This document shows positions 28,285 through 39,003 of a stretch of DNA of 64,000 nt, piece by piece (position 1 is the stretch's first letter; each line of letters begins with the position of its first letter). The DNA is taken from the NCBI GenBank assembly GCA_005772855.1, contig SXIK01000010.1, positions 2,886 to 66,885 on the forward strand, read 5' to 3'. The position numbers were made by a program, and so were the translations under genes. The notes beneath the pieces were generated by a model, which was not told the DNA's origin, did not search any database, and worked only from the letters and a program-made list of their open reading frames with translations. Source of the stretch: Planctomycetia bacterium. Lineage in GTDB: Bacteria > Planctomycetota > UBA8108 > SXIK01.

Positions 28285-30447
28285 ATGAAAGTTGCCATTC
28301 TCTGGCACATGCATCAGCCTTCCTACTGGGAGGCGGACCTGGGCAAGTATCGGTATCCGTGGGCATTTCTACATGCTGCCCGCCATTACCACATGATGGG
28401 GCTCCTCGCCAAGGAGACCCCCGAGGCCGCCATGACCATCAACATCACCCCGGTGTTGATGGAGCAGCTGGATGACTACTCAAAACCCAGCTTCCGCGAT
28501 CAGCTGCTGGACGTCATTCGAAAGCCCGCTGACTCCCTTGACAACGAGGAGATCGCGCGGCTCCTAGATCACGTCTTCAAGCTCAACGCGCCGACGATGA
28601 TAACGCCTTTTGCGCGATACAAGGAACTCAAGAACCTTCTCGATGGGACTCATGCCCAGAAGGTGCGGCGGGACGAAATTCTCGACCTCCAGGTCTGGTA
28701 CCTCCTGACCTGGTCGGGACCCCATTTGCGTCGAATTCCGGAGGTTGCAGAGCTCTTCACCAAAGGGAAGCATTTTACTGAGGCAGACAAGGAGACCGTG
28801 TTCTCCGTCATGCACCAGGCGGTTCGAGAGGTCATTCCACTCTACCGAGAGCTCGGCTCCAGGGGCCGCGTGGAGATCTCAACGACACCTTACTATCATC
28901 CAATTCTGCCACTACTCATCGACTGCGACGTGGCCAGGGAATCGAAGCCGGGGGTTCATCTCGACGAGGTCTCTTTCCGTTTCCCCCAGGATGCGCGCTG
29001 GCATGTCGAGGAAGCCATTCGCGCTTACGAAAACCGCTTTGGGCATACCCCGAAGGGTATGTGGCCAGCGGAAGGTAGCGTGTCCGATGCCGCCCTGGAC
29101 TTGCTGTCCTCGTGTGCCGTGCGATGGGCTGGAACAGATGAGGCCGTCTTGTCGCGATCCCTGGGTCGATTTCCCTTATCGGAAGAGGAGCGGCATCGAC
29201 CCTACATGTTTGGCGAGAACGGAATATGGGTCTTCTTCAGAGACCGTGAACTGAGCGACCGAATCGGGTTCGTCTACTCCTCCTGGGATCCGGAACGTGC
29301 CGCCGATGACTTGCTCGGGCGACTGCTCGGAATTCGAGAACGGCTTGGACGAAAGGAGGACTCCGCCTGTGTCTCGATCATCCTCGACGGCGAAAATCCC
29401 TGGGAGTATTATCCTGACTCCGGGGTCGGGTTCCTGTCGCGCCTCTATCGTGGCCTTGCGAGCACTCCAGGTCTCGAGACCGTGCGAATGGGGGACCATG
29501 CAGCCTTCGACAGACGCCCGGAGCGGATCCACCACGTGGTCCCGGGTTCCTGGATCGATGCCAATTTCGATACGTGGATCGGCGTTTCGGAGAAGAATCG
29601 CGCCTGGAGTTGCCTCGGAAAGGCCCGACAAAAACTCGCGATGGAGGCCTCCCATGCCGCCACGCCTCGTGAGTTCTACCGTGCCGAGGGAAGCGACTGG
29701 TTCTGGTGGCTCGGCCCCGGCCACGACACGCCGTACGAGGCAAGCTACGAGAACCTCTTCCGGACAAATTTGATAGCCGGGCTCACCAAGGTTGGACTGG
29801 AGGCTCCGGCAATCCTTCGCGTGGAGAGGCGAATCGTCCACTCACCACTCTTCCAGCCCCCCCTCCACCTCTTCACGCCCAAGATCAGCGGTAAACAAGG
29901 AAACTACTACGACTGGATCGCAGCTGGATACTACAAGGCCACCGAGGGGTCAATCCACCGCAGTAACCGGGTCATCGACCAGCTAAAATTCGGCTTTGAC
30001 GAGCAGAGATTTTACTTCCGCGCAGAGGGAAATGTCGAGTCGTTACAGAGCAGTAACGGCGATTTCGCACTCGTCCTGGAAATCCACAACCCCCGCAGCT
30101 TGCGGGTCGTTTACCAGGCCGGCAGGCTCGACATCCTCCCGCTGAAAATCAGTGAAATCTCACGCGAAGGTGATACCCGAAACGAGGTCACCCTCCCCGA
30201 GCTTTCCCCTGCTGCTGAATCGAAGGGCCTTTACCTTGGTCAACCATCGCACGGCACCGCAGCCATCGGCAAGGTCGCCGAGGTCGGGATCCCACTCGAG
30301 GAACTGGGTGCACGGCCTGGCGATTTTCTGGACTTTGCGGTCACCTTCAGGTCAGGCAAGGAGCCCATCGACCGCCTCCCTCAATCAGGATTCATCACGG
30401 TAGCCATCCCGCCCCCGGACTTTGGTGGGGAGAACTGGACCGTCTAA
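28285..30447 (+). CDS. GH57 glycoside hydrolase (amylopullulanase-like)
   Basis: WHMHQP, TPYYHPILPL, GMWPAEG, ILDGENPWE, AEGSDWFWW. Confidence 0.93.
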   Translation: MKVAILWHMHQPSYWEADLGKYRYPWAFLHAARHYHMMGLLAKETPEAAMTINITPVLMEQLDDYSKPSFRDQLLDVIRKPADSLDNEEIARLLDHVFKLNAPTMITPFARYKELKNLLDGTHAQKVRRDEILDLQVWYLLTWSGPHLRRIPEVAELFTKGKHFTEADKETVFSVMHQAVREVIPLYRELGSRGRVEISTTPYYHPILPLLIDCDVARESKPGVHLDEVSFRFPQDARWHVEEAIRAYENRFGHTPKGMWPAEGSVSDAALDLLSSCAVRWAGTDEAVLSRSLGRFPLSEEERHRPYMFGENGIWVFFRDRELSDRIGFVYSSWDPERAADDLLGRLLGIRERLGRKEDSACVSIILDGENPWEYYPDSGVGFLSRLYRGLASTPGLETVRMGDHAAFDRRPERIHHVVPGSWIDANFDTWIGVSEKNRAWSCLGKARQKLAMEASHAATPREFYRAEGSDWFWWLGPGHDTPYEASYENLFRTNLIAGLTKVGLEAPAILRVERRIVHSPLFQPPLHLFTPKISGKQGNYYDWIAAGYYKATEGSIHRSNRVIDQLKFGFDEQRFYFRAEGNVESLQSSNGDFALVLEIHNPRSLRVVYQAGRLDILPLKISEISREGDTRNEVTLPELSPAAESKGLYLGQPSHGTAAIGKVAEVGIPLEELGARPGDFLDFAVTFRSGKEPIDRLPQSGFITVAIPPPDFGGENWTV

Positions 30448-30504
30448 GGCAATCAAGGCCACCCCCCTTACCCGCGACGAAAGTCCACAACCAACTGACA
30501 CCCC

Positions 30505-31545
30505 ATGGGCGAGAGAAATTCAGAATACAGGTACGACATACTACAGCAGCGGTGGGTCATTATTGCGAGCGAGCGCGGAAAGCGCCCCCAGGAATTCGCG
30601 GCCATCCGGGAAAATCCCGAGTCTCATTTTTGTCCATTCTGTCCCGGAAATGAAGACAAGACCCCGCCAGAGATAGCAGCAATCCGTGAACATGGCAGCC
30701 GTTTGAATGGGCCCGGTTGGCAAGTGCGAGTGGTTCCGAACAAGTTCCCCGCATTGAGGGTCGAGGGCATGCCCGAGCGGGATGCCGAGGGAATTTACGA
30801 CCACCTCAACGGGGTTGGTGCTCACGAGGTCGTGATTGAGACGCCCAACCACAAGGCACCGCTGTCCAGGCGCGATATCGATGACATCGCCCTGATGCTC
30901 CGGATCTACCGTGACCGTCTCAATGACCTCATGCGGGACATGCGGCTCAAGTACGTCTTGATCTTCAAGAACTGGGGCATGGCAGCCGGCGCCTCACTCA
31001 CACACCCTCATTCGCAGATCATAGCCACTGCTGTGACACCTCAAACGGTAGCCCTCGAGCTGGAGGCCTGCCGCCAGCACCACCAGGTGAAGGAGCGATG
31101 CCTGATCTGCGACATCATCAAGCAGGAAATAGCCTCCCGTGAACGGCTCGTCTCGATCGATGACCGCTTCGTGGCCTTCTGCCCGTACGCCTCTCGGTTT
31201 CCTTTCGAGGTCATGATCGCGCCCCGATTCCATCACCACGATTACTCCCGAACCACCGATCAGGACCTGCGAGGGCTCGCCAGTGTTCTGCGGGACGTAC
31301 TGGCTCGATATCGCGAGGCCCTCGACGATCCGCCCTTCAACTACATCCTGCGCACGTCGCCGAACGTAAATGTTCATCCCCGAAGAGCTCACTATTGGGA
31401 AAGCATCGAGTTCGACTTCCACTGGCATATTGAACTCTTTCCAAGGCTCACCAGGATTGCCGGTTTCGAGTGGGGATCGGGCTTTTACATCAACCCGACG
31501 CCGCCGGAGGATGCTGCAAAGTACCTTCGCAGCATCGCGACTTGA
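30505..31545 (+). CDS. galT: GalT-family hexose-1-phosphate nucleotidyltransferase
   Basis: RGKRP, CPFCPGNE, NKFPAL, AGASLTHPHSQ. Confidence 0.9.
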   Translation: MGERNSEYRYDILQQRWVIIASERGKRPQEFAAIRENPESHFCPFCPGNEDKTPPEIAAIREHGSRLNGPGWQVRVVPNKFPALRVEGMPERDAEGIYDHLNGVGAHEVVIETPNHKAPLSRRDIDDIALMLRIYRDRLNDLMRDMRLKYVLIFKNWGMAAGASLTHPHSQIIATAVTPQTVALELEACRQHHQVKERCLICDIIKQEIASRERLVSIDDRFVAFCPYASRFPFEVMIAPRFHHHDYSRTTDQDLRGLASVLRDVLARYREALDDPPFNYILRTSPNVNVHPRRAHYWESIEFDFHWHIELFPRLTRIAGFEWGSGFYINPTPPEDAAKYLRSIAT

Positions 31546-31811
31546 CCGGGAAGCGCCACCCGTCGGTGACGAATTTCATTCCCGGACACGCTGCCTCTCC
31601 TGGAGAGCAACGCCCCGGGAAATACTCTCGCCAGCTCCTGCCCATTCCGGTAACGAATGGGGTCTTGCTCTTCCTGCTTCGCTCCGTAGAATCCGGCCCA
31701 CCTGAACACCGCACACGATGCGAGGGTCCTTTTTTTTCGGAACAGCCCGAGTTCCTGCCGACGTGCAGTCAAGCTGCCAGGAGGGACTTACCCGTGGAGT
31801 AGAAGAGAAAC

Positions 31812-32690
31812 ATGAGGAACCCCTTGGCATACGCCACACGCCTTGTTGACTTGCTGAGAGGAAGGGGGCATTCGGCTCCTGACACAGCCCCATTGAAGCA
31901 CGAAATCGTCGAGGCGCTCCAGCGGATCGCCACGGCGCTCACCCAACAGATCGAACGAAGGTTCGAGGAAAAGCTTGGCGCTGTCCATGCTTCCATGAAG
32001 GAGAAGCTCGACGATCTGTACAGCGAAACCTGGCGTTTGAGAGATGCCCTTGACTCCAGGCTTGGCTCGGTCGAGCAGCGTCTGGGGGAGACCGTGGCTC
32101 GGGTCGAAGCCTCGGTGCTTGAGTTCCAAGACGCCTTCACCAACGTCAAGGAGACCTGCGGCTCGCTCTCCGAGGTATTCGACCGGCAATTTGTCTCGGC
32201 GGAGAAGTCACTCAGGTCGCTAAGGGACTCCTACGAGCGGCGTCTCCAGCAGCTCGAGTCCCGTCAAGACTCAAGGTTGTCGCTGCTTGAACGGGAGCAT
32301 CGCCAGGCTTTGGAGGCGAGCTCGGACGCTCAGCGGTACGTTCTCGACCGGGTCCGGGCTCTGGCAGGGCAGATGTTACAAGAGCTCGAACGGACAGAGC
32401 CGGCCGGGAGTCTCAAGGGCCTGCGTGGGTTTTTCCTGAGGACAAAATTTCAAGAGTGGCTGAAAAGCCTGAAGAGTGAAAGGGCAAAACAGCTCGAAAG
32501 CGCGCTCCGGATGTTTGCCCAGCGCCTTGGCGAATTGGGGCAGATGGAGCGGGGACCAGCGCTCGATTCTCACAGTTCGATCCCGGTCTCACCTGGCTGT
32601 GCCGAACCAGCACTCGCGAACTCAAAAGTCAACGGAAACGGGCATCATTCTCTCAAGCTCGACCTGGGCGGATTGACAGCTCGAGGCTGA
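31812..32690 (+). CDS. Coiled-coil hypothetical protein
   Basis: 292 aa rich in E/L/R/Q heptads. Confidence 0.7.
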   Translation: MRNPLAYATRLVDLLRGRGHSAPDTAPLKHEIVEALQRIATALTQQIERRFEEKLGAVHASMKEKLDDLYSETWRLRDALDSRLGSVEQRLGETVARVEASVLEFQDAFTNVKETCGSLSEVFDRQFVSAEKSLRSLRDSYERRLQQLESRQDSRLSLLEREHRQALEASSDAQRYVLDRVRALAGQMLQELERTEPAGSLKGLRGFFLRTKFQEWLKSLKSERAKQLESALRMFAQRLGELGQMERGPALDSHSSIPVSPGCAEPALANSKVNGNGHHSLKLDLGGLTARG

Positions 32691-32721
32691 CCCGCTCCAC
32701 GTCGCCCCGGCGGGTGCTCCT

Positions 32722-34083
32722 TCAAATGGAGTACCCGTCCGGGATGACCGCACCGCGGGGCACGACGACGATGCCTTCGCGAATCACGACGGTCCCGTCA
32801 TCGTAGGTTCGGTGCTCCTCGAGGTTGCGAATCGAGACATTGCGACCGACGCAAGCATTCTTGTCGATGATGGCGTTCTCGACATGGGCTCCCTCGCCAA
32901 TGCCGAGTTGGGGTAGCCCCTTTGCGGCCTGAACCCGGCAATCCGCTTCCGATGGGTAGTAGTCCAAGCCCATCACGTAACTGTTCCTGATCAAGCAGCC
33001 CCTTCCGATATGGGAACGGACGCCTATCAGAGAATTCTCGATCACAGCATCTTCAATCACACAACCGTCGCCAATCAGGGATGCGACGACTGTGGCACGA
33101 TGCATCTTCGTCGCCGGCAAGAGCCTTGCTCGGGTATAGATCGGCATCTCGGGCTGATAGAAATCGAACCGGGGAGCCGGGCAGGCAAGCTCGATATTGG
33201 CCTGGTGAAAAGCTCGAATCGTCCCGATATCCTCCCAGTACCCGTCAAAAAGATGGGCCCGCACCTTGTACTTGGTGAGCAGGTCCGGAAGGATCTCCTT
33301 GCCGAAGTCGCAGTGCCTGTTGTCGAGCGCTTTCTCGAGCTGCTCCAGGCCAAAGACATAAATCCCCATATTGGCGAGATACATGGGCTCGGTGGAGCTG
33401 GGCAAATGAAAGCGCTCGAGCAACTCTGGAGGAGCCTCCAGACCCGCGAAAAGAGAATCGTTATTGCCAGGCTTTTCCAGAAACTCGAGGACTTCGCCCT
33501 GGGAGCTAATCTTCATTACGCCCAAACTCCGGGCGCGCTCCTTCGAGACCAGCAACCCTGCAATCGTGAGATCAGCAGTACCCTCGTCAGTAACGCTCCT
33601 GTGAGTGTGGATGATGTCGGTGTAGTCCATGCGATAGATCTGGTCCCCGGAGAGGATCAACACCTCCGCGCCGCCGGAGTCCTTGAATCGGAGCAGGTTT
33701 TTCCGCACGGCGTCCGCTGTCCCCTCGTACCATGAATGCTCCAGGTGATACTGTGGAGACTGCTGAGCCGCCAGGATCTCCACAAATCCTTTCGAGAATT
33801 GGTCGAAGTGATAGCTCATCGAAATATGCCGATGGAGGGACGTGGAGTTGAACTGGGTAAGGACATAAATCCGGTTAAGGCCGGAGTTGAGGCAGTTGGA
33901 AATCGGGATGTCGATGAGCCTGAACTTCGCCCCCAGCGGCACGGCAGGCTTCGCCCGCGTGAGTGTCAAGGGGTACAGGCGCGTTCCGGCTCCTCCACCC
34001 ATGATCACGCAGGTTACGTTGTAGTCGAAAGTCTTCTTGTGAAGCACCCCGGCATGATACGTCGTTTGCCTTGACATCTCCAA
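32722..34083 (-). CDS. glgC: Glucose-1-phosphate adenylyltransferase
   Basis: GGGAGTRLYPLT..RAKPAVP, GTADAVR, ILSGD, YWEDIGT. Confidence 0.96.
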   Translation of the reverse strand: MEMSRQTTYHAGVLHKKTFDYNVTCVIMGGGAGTRLYPLTLTRAKPAVPLGAKFRLIDIPISNCLNSGLNRIYVLTQFNSTSLHRHISMSYHFDQFSKGFVEILAAQQSPQYHLEHSWYEGTADAVRKNLLRFKDSGGAEVLILSGDQIYRMDYTDIIHTHRSVTDEGTADLTIAGLLVSKERARSLGVMKISSQGEVLEFLEKPGNNDSLFAGLEAPPELLERFHLPSSTEPMYLANMGIYVFGLEQLEKALDNRHCDFGKEILPDLLTKYKVRAHLFDGYWEDIGTIRAFHQANIELACPAPRFDFYQPEMPIYTRARLLPATKMHRATVVASLIGDGCVIEDAVIENSLIGVRSHIGRGCLIRNSYVMGLDYYPSEADCRVQAAKGLPQLGIGEGAHVENAIIDKNACVGRNVSIRNLEEHRTYDDGTVVIREGIVVVPRGAVIPDGYSI

Positions 34084-34114
34084 TCGCGTCTTCTGAAGCC
34101 ACTTCCCTGCGGGC

Positions 34115-34981
34115 TCAAAAGAGGTCCAGGAACACCCTCGCAGCCGCGGTAAGCGAAGCCTCGTCCCTGTAGATCAAGTGAATGTGCTCCCGGCCATAGT
34201 AACGCTTCAGGGGGCGGACATGGAGATCGACCCGGTTAGCCTCGTCAATGTTGAGGTTGTGGATGATCGAGATGCCGTACCCCAGGCTGACGTAGAGAAT
34301 GATCAAATCAGTGCTACCGAGGGCCATGCGGATCGAGATTTTCTGCCGCACTCTCTCAAAGGGCTGGTCGATGAGACGTCGAGTCTCCGTGTCCTTCGTG
34401 TAAGAGATAAATGGATACTTCGCGATGTCGGCGAGAGTGATCCGGCCACGGCGACTCAGGGGATGGCCCTTCGGCGTCACGAGCACCATCTCGTACGGCA
34501 GCACCCTGCGGGACTTGAGCCAGGGCACTCCGGGCTCGATGAGCACGATGCCCACGTCCGTCGAGCCGTCACGCACCGAGGCAAGGATGTCGGCCGTTCG
34601 AAGATTGTGAATGTTGATTTCGACCTTCGGGAAACGATCCGTAAACACGTCAAGCCTTGGAGGGAGAATATGAGCCGCGATGGACTGATTCGTTGCCACC
34701 GTGAGACGCGCGGGCTCGAGCAGGGAGCGGTCCTTGAAGAGGTCGTCAACCTCGGCCTCGGTTTCAAAGAGCCTCGCTGCAAGCTCAAAAAGGACCTCGC
34801 CCTCTCGGGTCAAGGAAACCCTCTTCGTGTCGCGTTTGAGCAGCTGAAAACCCAGCGTTTTTTCGAGGGCCTTGACTTGGAGGCTCACGCTCGGCTGCGT
34901 GAGACCTAGCCGCTTGGCGCCAGCGGTGAAGCCGCCCTGTTGAACAACCGCATGAAATCCCCGAAGCTTGTGCAAGTCCAT
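34115..34981 (-). CDS. LysR-family transcriptional regulator
   Basis: FT..A..L.LTQPSVS.QVK.LE HTH and substrate-binding domain. Confidence 0.93.
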   Translation of the reverse strand: MDLHKLRGFHAVVQQGGFTAGAKRLGLTQPSVSLQVKALEKTLGFQLLKRDTKRVSLTREGEVLFELAARLFETEAEVDDLFKDRSLLEPARLTVATNQSIAAHILPPRLDVFTDRFPKVEINIHNLRTADILASVRDGSTDVGIVLIEPGVPWLKSRRVLPYEMVLVTPKGHPLSRRGRITLADIAKYPFISYTKDTETRRLIDQPFERVRQKISIRMALGSTDLIILYVSLGYGISIIHNLNIDEANRVDLHVRPLKRYYGREHIHLIYRDEASLTAAARVFLDLF

Positions 34982-35010
34982 ACCATCATTGTCTAACGCA
35001 ATATATTGTC

Positions 35011-35025
35011 ATATCAACTATTTAT
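35011..35025. promoter_or_regulatory. Putative LysR box (ATA-N9-TAT)
   Basis: ATATCAACTATTTAT in the AT-rich divergent lysR/panD spacer; fits T-N11-A. Confidence 0.45.
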
Positions 35026-35096
35026 TGGCCATATACTAACGGATGTCCTAATCTTCTGTGCGTTCCACCCCTGGGATAAGTCCGAAAGGTCGAGAC

Positions 35097-35489
35097 ATGC
35101 AGCGCACGCTACTGAAATCCAAGATCCACCGAGCCACAGTCACCGGGGCGGAATTGCATTACGAGGGAAGCATAACGGTGGACCCCCTGCTTCTCGAAGC
35201 CGCCGACATCCGGGAACATGAGCAGGTGCAGATCTACGATGTAACGAACGGCTCCCGGCTGACAACCTACGCCATCCCCGGCGAGCCCGGCGCGGGCGAG
35301 ATCCGAATCAACGGTGCCGCGGCGCACCTCGTGCAGCCCGGGGACGTCGTTATCATCGCCAGCTATGCGCAATACACCGAGGCCGAGGCTTCTCACCATG
35401 TGCCATGGCTGGTCCGCGTGGACACGAGGAACCGTCAAGTGAAGGAGGAGTGGTTAATCACGGCGCTGTCGAGAAAGGACCTCGAATGA
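35097..35489 (+). CDS. panD: Aspartate 1-decarboxylase
   Basis: [26 protein letters not shown]. Confidence 0.96.
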   Translation: MQRTLLKSKIHRATVTGAELHYEGSITVDPLLLEAADIREHEQVQIYDVTNGSRLTTYAIPGEPGAGEIRINGAAAHLVQPGDVVIIASYAQYTEAEASHHVPWLVRVDTRNRQVKEEWLITALSRKDLE

Positions 35490-36322
35490 GCGTGAGTTCG
35501 GACAGGGTCACAGTTCCGGGCTTGCGTGCAAGGAAGCTTGCCGGAGAGAAGATCTCCGCCCTCACCGCACATGACTACCCCTCGGGCCTCCTTGCCGATG
35601 AGGCTGGAATCGAGGTCGTACTTCTGGGAGACAGCCTCGCGAACACCATCCTCGGCTACGAGAGCACCCTGCCCGTCACGCTCGAAGAGATGCTCACGGC
35701 GCTCCGGGCGGTGCGGCGGGCCGTCCGGCGGGCAATGCTTGTCGCCGACATGCCCTTCGGCTCTTACCACTGTGGGGAGGATAGAGCCGTCGAGGCCGCC
35801 GTTGCCTTCGTGAAGTCAGGGGCTGAAGCTGTCAAACTGGAAGGCGGCGAACGACGCATCGGCGTGGTCCGTCGACTGGTGGACAGCGAGATCCCCGTCA
35901 TGGGGCATATCGGCCTCACCCCGCAATCCGTTCATGTCATGGGCGGCTACAAGGTGCAAGGCAAGAGCCTTGACAGTGCTCAGCGACTCCTCGACGACGC
36001 CCTCGCTCTCGAACGGGCTGGAGCTTTTGCAATTGTCATTGAGGGCGTTCCAGCCACTCTGGCCAAGGAGATCACCCGTCGCCTGGAGATTCCAACCATC
36101 GGGATTGGAGCTGGTCCTCACTGTGACGGCCAAATCCTCGTGTTCGCGGACCTTCTGGGTCTCCATCGCGGGAAAAAGCCCAAGTTCGCTCGGCAATACC
36201 TCGACTTCCACGCGTTGGCACTCGAGGCAATTCAAGCCTACCGAAAAGACCTCGCCACGGGTAGCTTTCCCTCGGCCTCCGAAAGCTACGAGGACACGAC
36301 AGCAAGCAGCCTCAAAGGCTAA
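35486..36322 (+). CDS. panB: 3-methyl-2-oxobutanoate hydroxymethyltransferase
   Basis: [28 protein letters not shown]; ATGA overlap with panD. Confidence 0.96.
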   Translation: MSVSSDRVTVPGLRARKLAGEKISALTAHDYPSGLLADEAGIEVVLLGDSLANTILGYESTLPVTLEEMLTALRAVRRAVRRAMLVADMPFGSYHCGEDRAVEAAVAFVKSGAEAVKLEGGERRIGVVRRLVDSEIPVMGHIGLTPQSVHVMGGYKVQGKSLDSAQRLLDDALALERAGAFAIVIEGVPATLAKEITRRLEIPTIGIGAGPHCDGQILVFADLLGLHRGKKPKFARQYLDFHALALEAIQAYRKDLATGSFPSASESYEDTTASSLKG

Positions 36323-37388
36323 CGGCACGTTCGAGCGACTCTCTCAGCACAGCCTGGTGCGTTGTCCGCTCGAGCGCCCCGCCCAGCAACTCGGCAGAGC
36401 TCTCCGTGCGAAGTGGCATCGTGCGTGGAATGACGCAGAACTCCTCGGTGTGATATTCGATGTGGAGCATCTTCGCGCTGTCCACTCGCCGGACGGCCAC
36501 GTAGGCTCCACCCCCCTGCTTGCCCGCGTCGATTCGAAGCGAAAGAATCTGGCCGGGATCCGCCGAAGGCCCCTCTGCCTTGACAAGAACTGTCAGGATA
36601 TCTCGGTTGAGTCGAGCGCCAAACCAGCCGCCAAGGAGAGCAGCGCGGACGCCGCTCCCTTCAGCGTGGTGAAACTCGATCGAGCGAACCGTCGAGAGCA
36701 TGTCACGGGCCACAGGCTCGTCGAAGATCTCGCTCACGGCCATACGCCACCCAATGGTGTCGCGCCAGGCCAGGTCGTCCACGGCCGGACCGGAGCACCG
36801 CTTCACCACTGAAAGTGGTCTCGTCAGGGCACTGGCCTCAAGCTCTCGAGAATCGAAAATTACCCGGTCCAACACGTCCGAGAGCAGATCCACCAATTGC
36901 AACCCGTTGGACGACAGGAGCACCAGATTCACGGGCAAGTCGGGCACGAGAAGCGAGATCGCGGCCATGGGGCCGACCTCGACGGAACGATCGGTCGCCG
37001 CAAGAGTAATTTGTTCACAGCAGATCGGCGGCCCTCCCCTTGTACTCGGGTGACAGACGGCGGTGATCGCCGCAGAGAGAGGGGAGCCGTTCGCGGAGAT
37101 CATCCCGCAAGCTTGCCTCAGCAGAATCATTCGACTGGGAAATCTACGCCCTACCGCCTGGACAAGCTCATTCGCCCTCGCGCAGCACTCCACATCAAGC
37201 GCATGAAATATGATATTCGAGAGACAAGCTCTGGTGAAGGACGGGCCCCTTTCATCCTCCAGATTCACTGGTTTCCACAGGCGCGACAGCTCGCGATCCA
37301 TCGCTTCTGGGTTCACGGGGACAGGAACGCCCGCGAGAAAGTCGGCGCTGCCGATCGGACGTTGGGCCATGCTCACAATCTCCTCCAT
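36312..37388 (-). CDS. opcA: Glucose-6-phosphate dehydrogenase assembly protein OpcA-like
   Basis: Follows zwf; RACLSN, PSRMI, CCEQITL, LLVPDLPV, DLAW. Start could be 37370. Confidence 0.85.
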   Translation of the reverse strand: MEEIVSMAQRPIGSADFLAGVPVPVNPEAMDRELSRLWKPVNLEDERGPSFTRACLSNIIFHALDVECCARANELVQAVGRRFPSRMILLRQACGMISANGSPLSAAITAVCHPSTRGGPPICCEQITLAATDRSVEVGPMAAISLLVPDLPVNLVLLSSNGLQLVDLLSDVLDRVIFDSRELEASALTRPLSVVKRCSGPAVDDLAWRDTIGWRMAVSEIFDEPVARDMLSTVRSIEFHHAEGSGVRAALLGGWFGARLNRDILTVLVKAEGPSADPGQILSLRIDAGKQGGGAYVAVRRVDSAKMLHIEYHTEEFCVIPRTMPLRTESSAELLGGALERTTHQAVLRESLERAVSL

Positions 37389-38911
37389 CTGCCCTCGTGA
37401 CCGGAAAACAGCTTCTCTGCCTCCTCGGGTCCCCACGATCCCGCGGCGTAGGTCAGCGGGGGCGTCGTCGATCGCCCCCACCCCTCAAGGATATCGGTCA
37501 TGATGGTCCATGCGGCCTCGACCTCGTCTCGACGGGTGAAGAGGGTCGAGTCGCCACTCATCGCATCGAGGAGGAGACGTTCATAAGCCTCGGGCGACGG
37601 CACGCCGAAGGAGTCTCCGTAGCGGAAGTCCATCTTTACCTGTCGCACCTCGATCTCGGGGCCAGGCACCTTGGCGCCAAAACGAAGCGAGATGCCCTCA
37701 TCTGGTTGAACGTTCACGATGAGCGCGTTGGGCGACACCGTGCAGGCCGCCTGCTCACCGAAAAGCGAAAGCGGCGGCTTCTTGAACTGGATGCAGATTT
37801 CGGTCGTTCGCTTGGGGAGCCGCTTGCCAGAACGTAGAAGGAATGGCACGCCAGCCCACCGCCAGTTGTCGACCGATAGCCTGAGCGCTACGTAGGTTTC
37901 CGTGCGGGAGTCCTGTGAAACGCCCTCCTCCTCGCGATAGCCGGGGACCAGGCGGCCCAGGATCGTTCCCGCCCCATATTGCGCACGGACGACGTGGAGG
38001 TCCACATCCGCCGGCGGAATACGCCGCAGCGCCCGGAGCACCTTCACCTTCTCGTCTCGAATCGCGTCGGCCTCAAGCGCTGCGGGCGGCTCCATGGCAA
38101 CGAGCGACAACACCTGCAGCATGTGGTTCTGAATCATGTCGCGGAGCACGCCGGCCTGATCGTAGTACCCCCCCCTCCCCTCGACACCGATGCTCTCTGC
38201 CACGGTAATTTGCACGTGATCGACATACTTCTGGTTCCAGAGCGGCTCGAAGATCCCGTTGGCAAAGCGCAAGGCCATGAGGTTTTGAACCGTCTCCTTG
38301 CCAAGGTAGTGATCGATGCGAAAGACCTGCTTTTCCTCGAGCACCCTCAACAGCTCTCGATTCAGCGACCGGGCCGACTCGAGGTCTCGACCGAAGGGTT
38401 TCTCCACCACAATCCGGGCCCAACCTGCTCGGTCGGGGTCCGACCGGGGTCTCGCAAGCCGGGCTGCGTCAAGCCCACGCACGATCGTGCCAAAGTGTTC
38501 GGGCGCAGTCGCGAGGTAATAGAGCCGGTTCGGAGGCAACCCCAGGGCGCGCTCGATGTCATCGAGCCTGACCGCGAGAGCCTGATACTCCTCTGCCGAA
38601 TCAAAGGCTCCCGTCTGGTAAAAAATCGTCTTAGAGAACTCAGCCCAAAAAAGGTCTTTCTCGTCAAAGCCAGGCACATTCTTTCGAACGCTCTCGAGCA
38701 TCTCGTGGCGGAACTGATCGTTGGTCTTTTTTCGCCTGGCAAACCCCACGATGGCCAGCTTGGGCGACAGGAGTCCTTCCCGGGTGAGGTTATAGAGTGC
38801 CGGCACAAGCTTTCGTTGTGTCAGATCGCCACTCGCTCCGAAGAGCACGATGGTGCAGGGCTCGGGCGTCTTGCGACGGGAAAGGCCTTCCCGGAAGGGG
38901 TTCTCGCTCAT
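37373..38911 (-). CDS. zwf: Glucose-6-phosphate 1-dehydrogenase
   Basis: GASGDL, EKPFG, RIDHYLGKETVQN. Confidence 0.97.
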   Translation of the reverse strand: MSENPFREGLSRRKTPEPCTIVLFGASGDLTQRKLVPALYNLTREGLLSPKLAIVGFARRKKTNDQFRHEMLESVRKNVPGFDEKDLFWAEFSKTIFYQTGAFDSAEEYQALAVRLDDIERALGLPPNRLYYLATAPEHFGTIVRGLDAARLARPRSDPDRAGWARIVVEKPFGRDLESARSLNRELLRVLEEKQVFRIDHYLGKETVQNLMALRFANGIFEPLWNQKYVDHVQITVAESIGVEGRGGYYDQAGVLRDMIQNHMLQVLSLVAMEPPAALEADAIRDEKVKVLRALRRIPPADVDLHVVRAQYGAGTILGRLVPGYREEEGVSQDSRTETYVALRLSVDNWRWAGVPFLLRSGKRLPKRTTEICIQFKKPPLSLFGEQAACTVSPNALIVNVQPDEGISLRFGAKVPGPEIEVRQVKMDFRYGDSFGVPSPEAYERLLLDAMSGDSTLFTRRDEVEAAWTIMTDILEGWGRSTTPPLTYAAGSWGPEEAEKLFSGHEGRWRRL

Positions 38912-39003
38912 TGCTCAGCCATCGGCCCCGTTGCAAATGATTCTCTTGACCACTAAATTGGGTCCGATCTTAGCACGTTCCCCACCCATCCAAGGAGAGT
39001 TTC

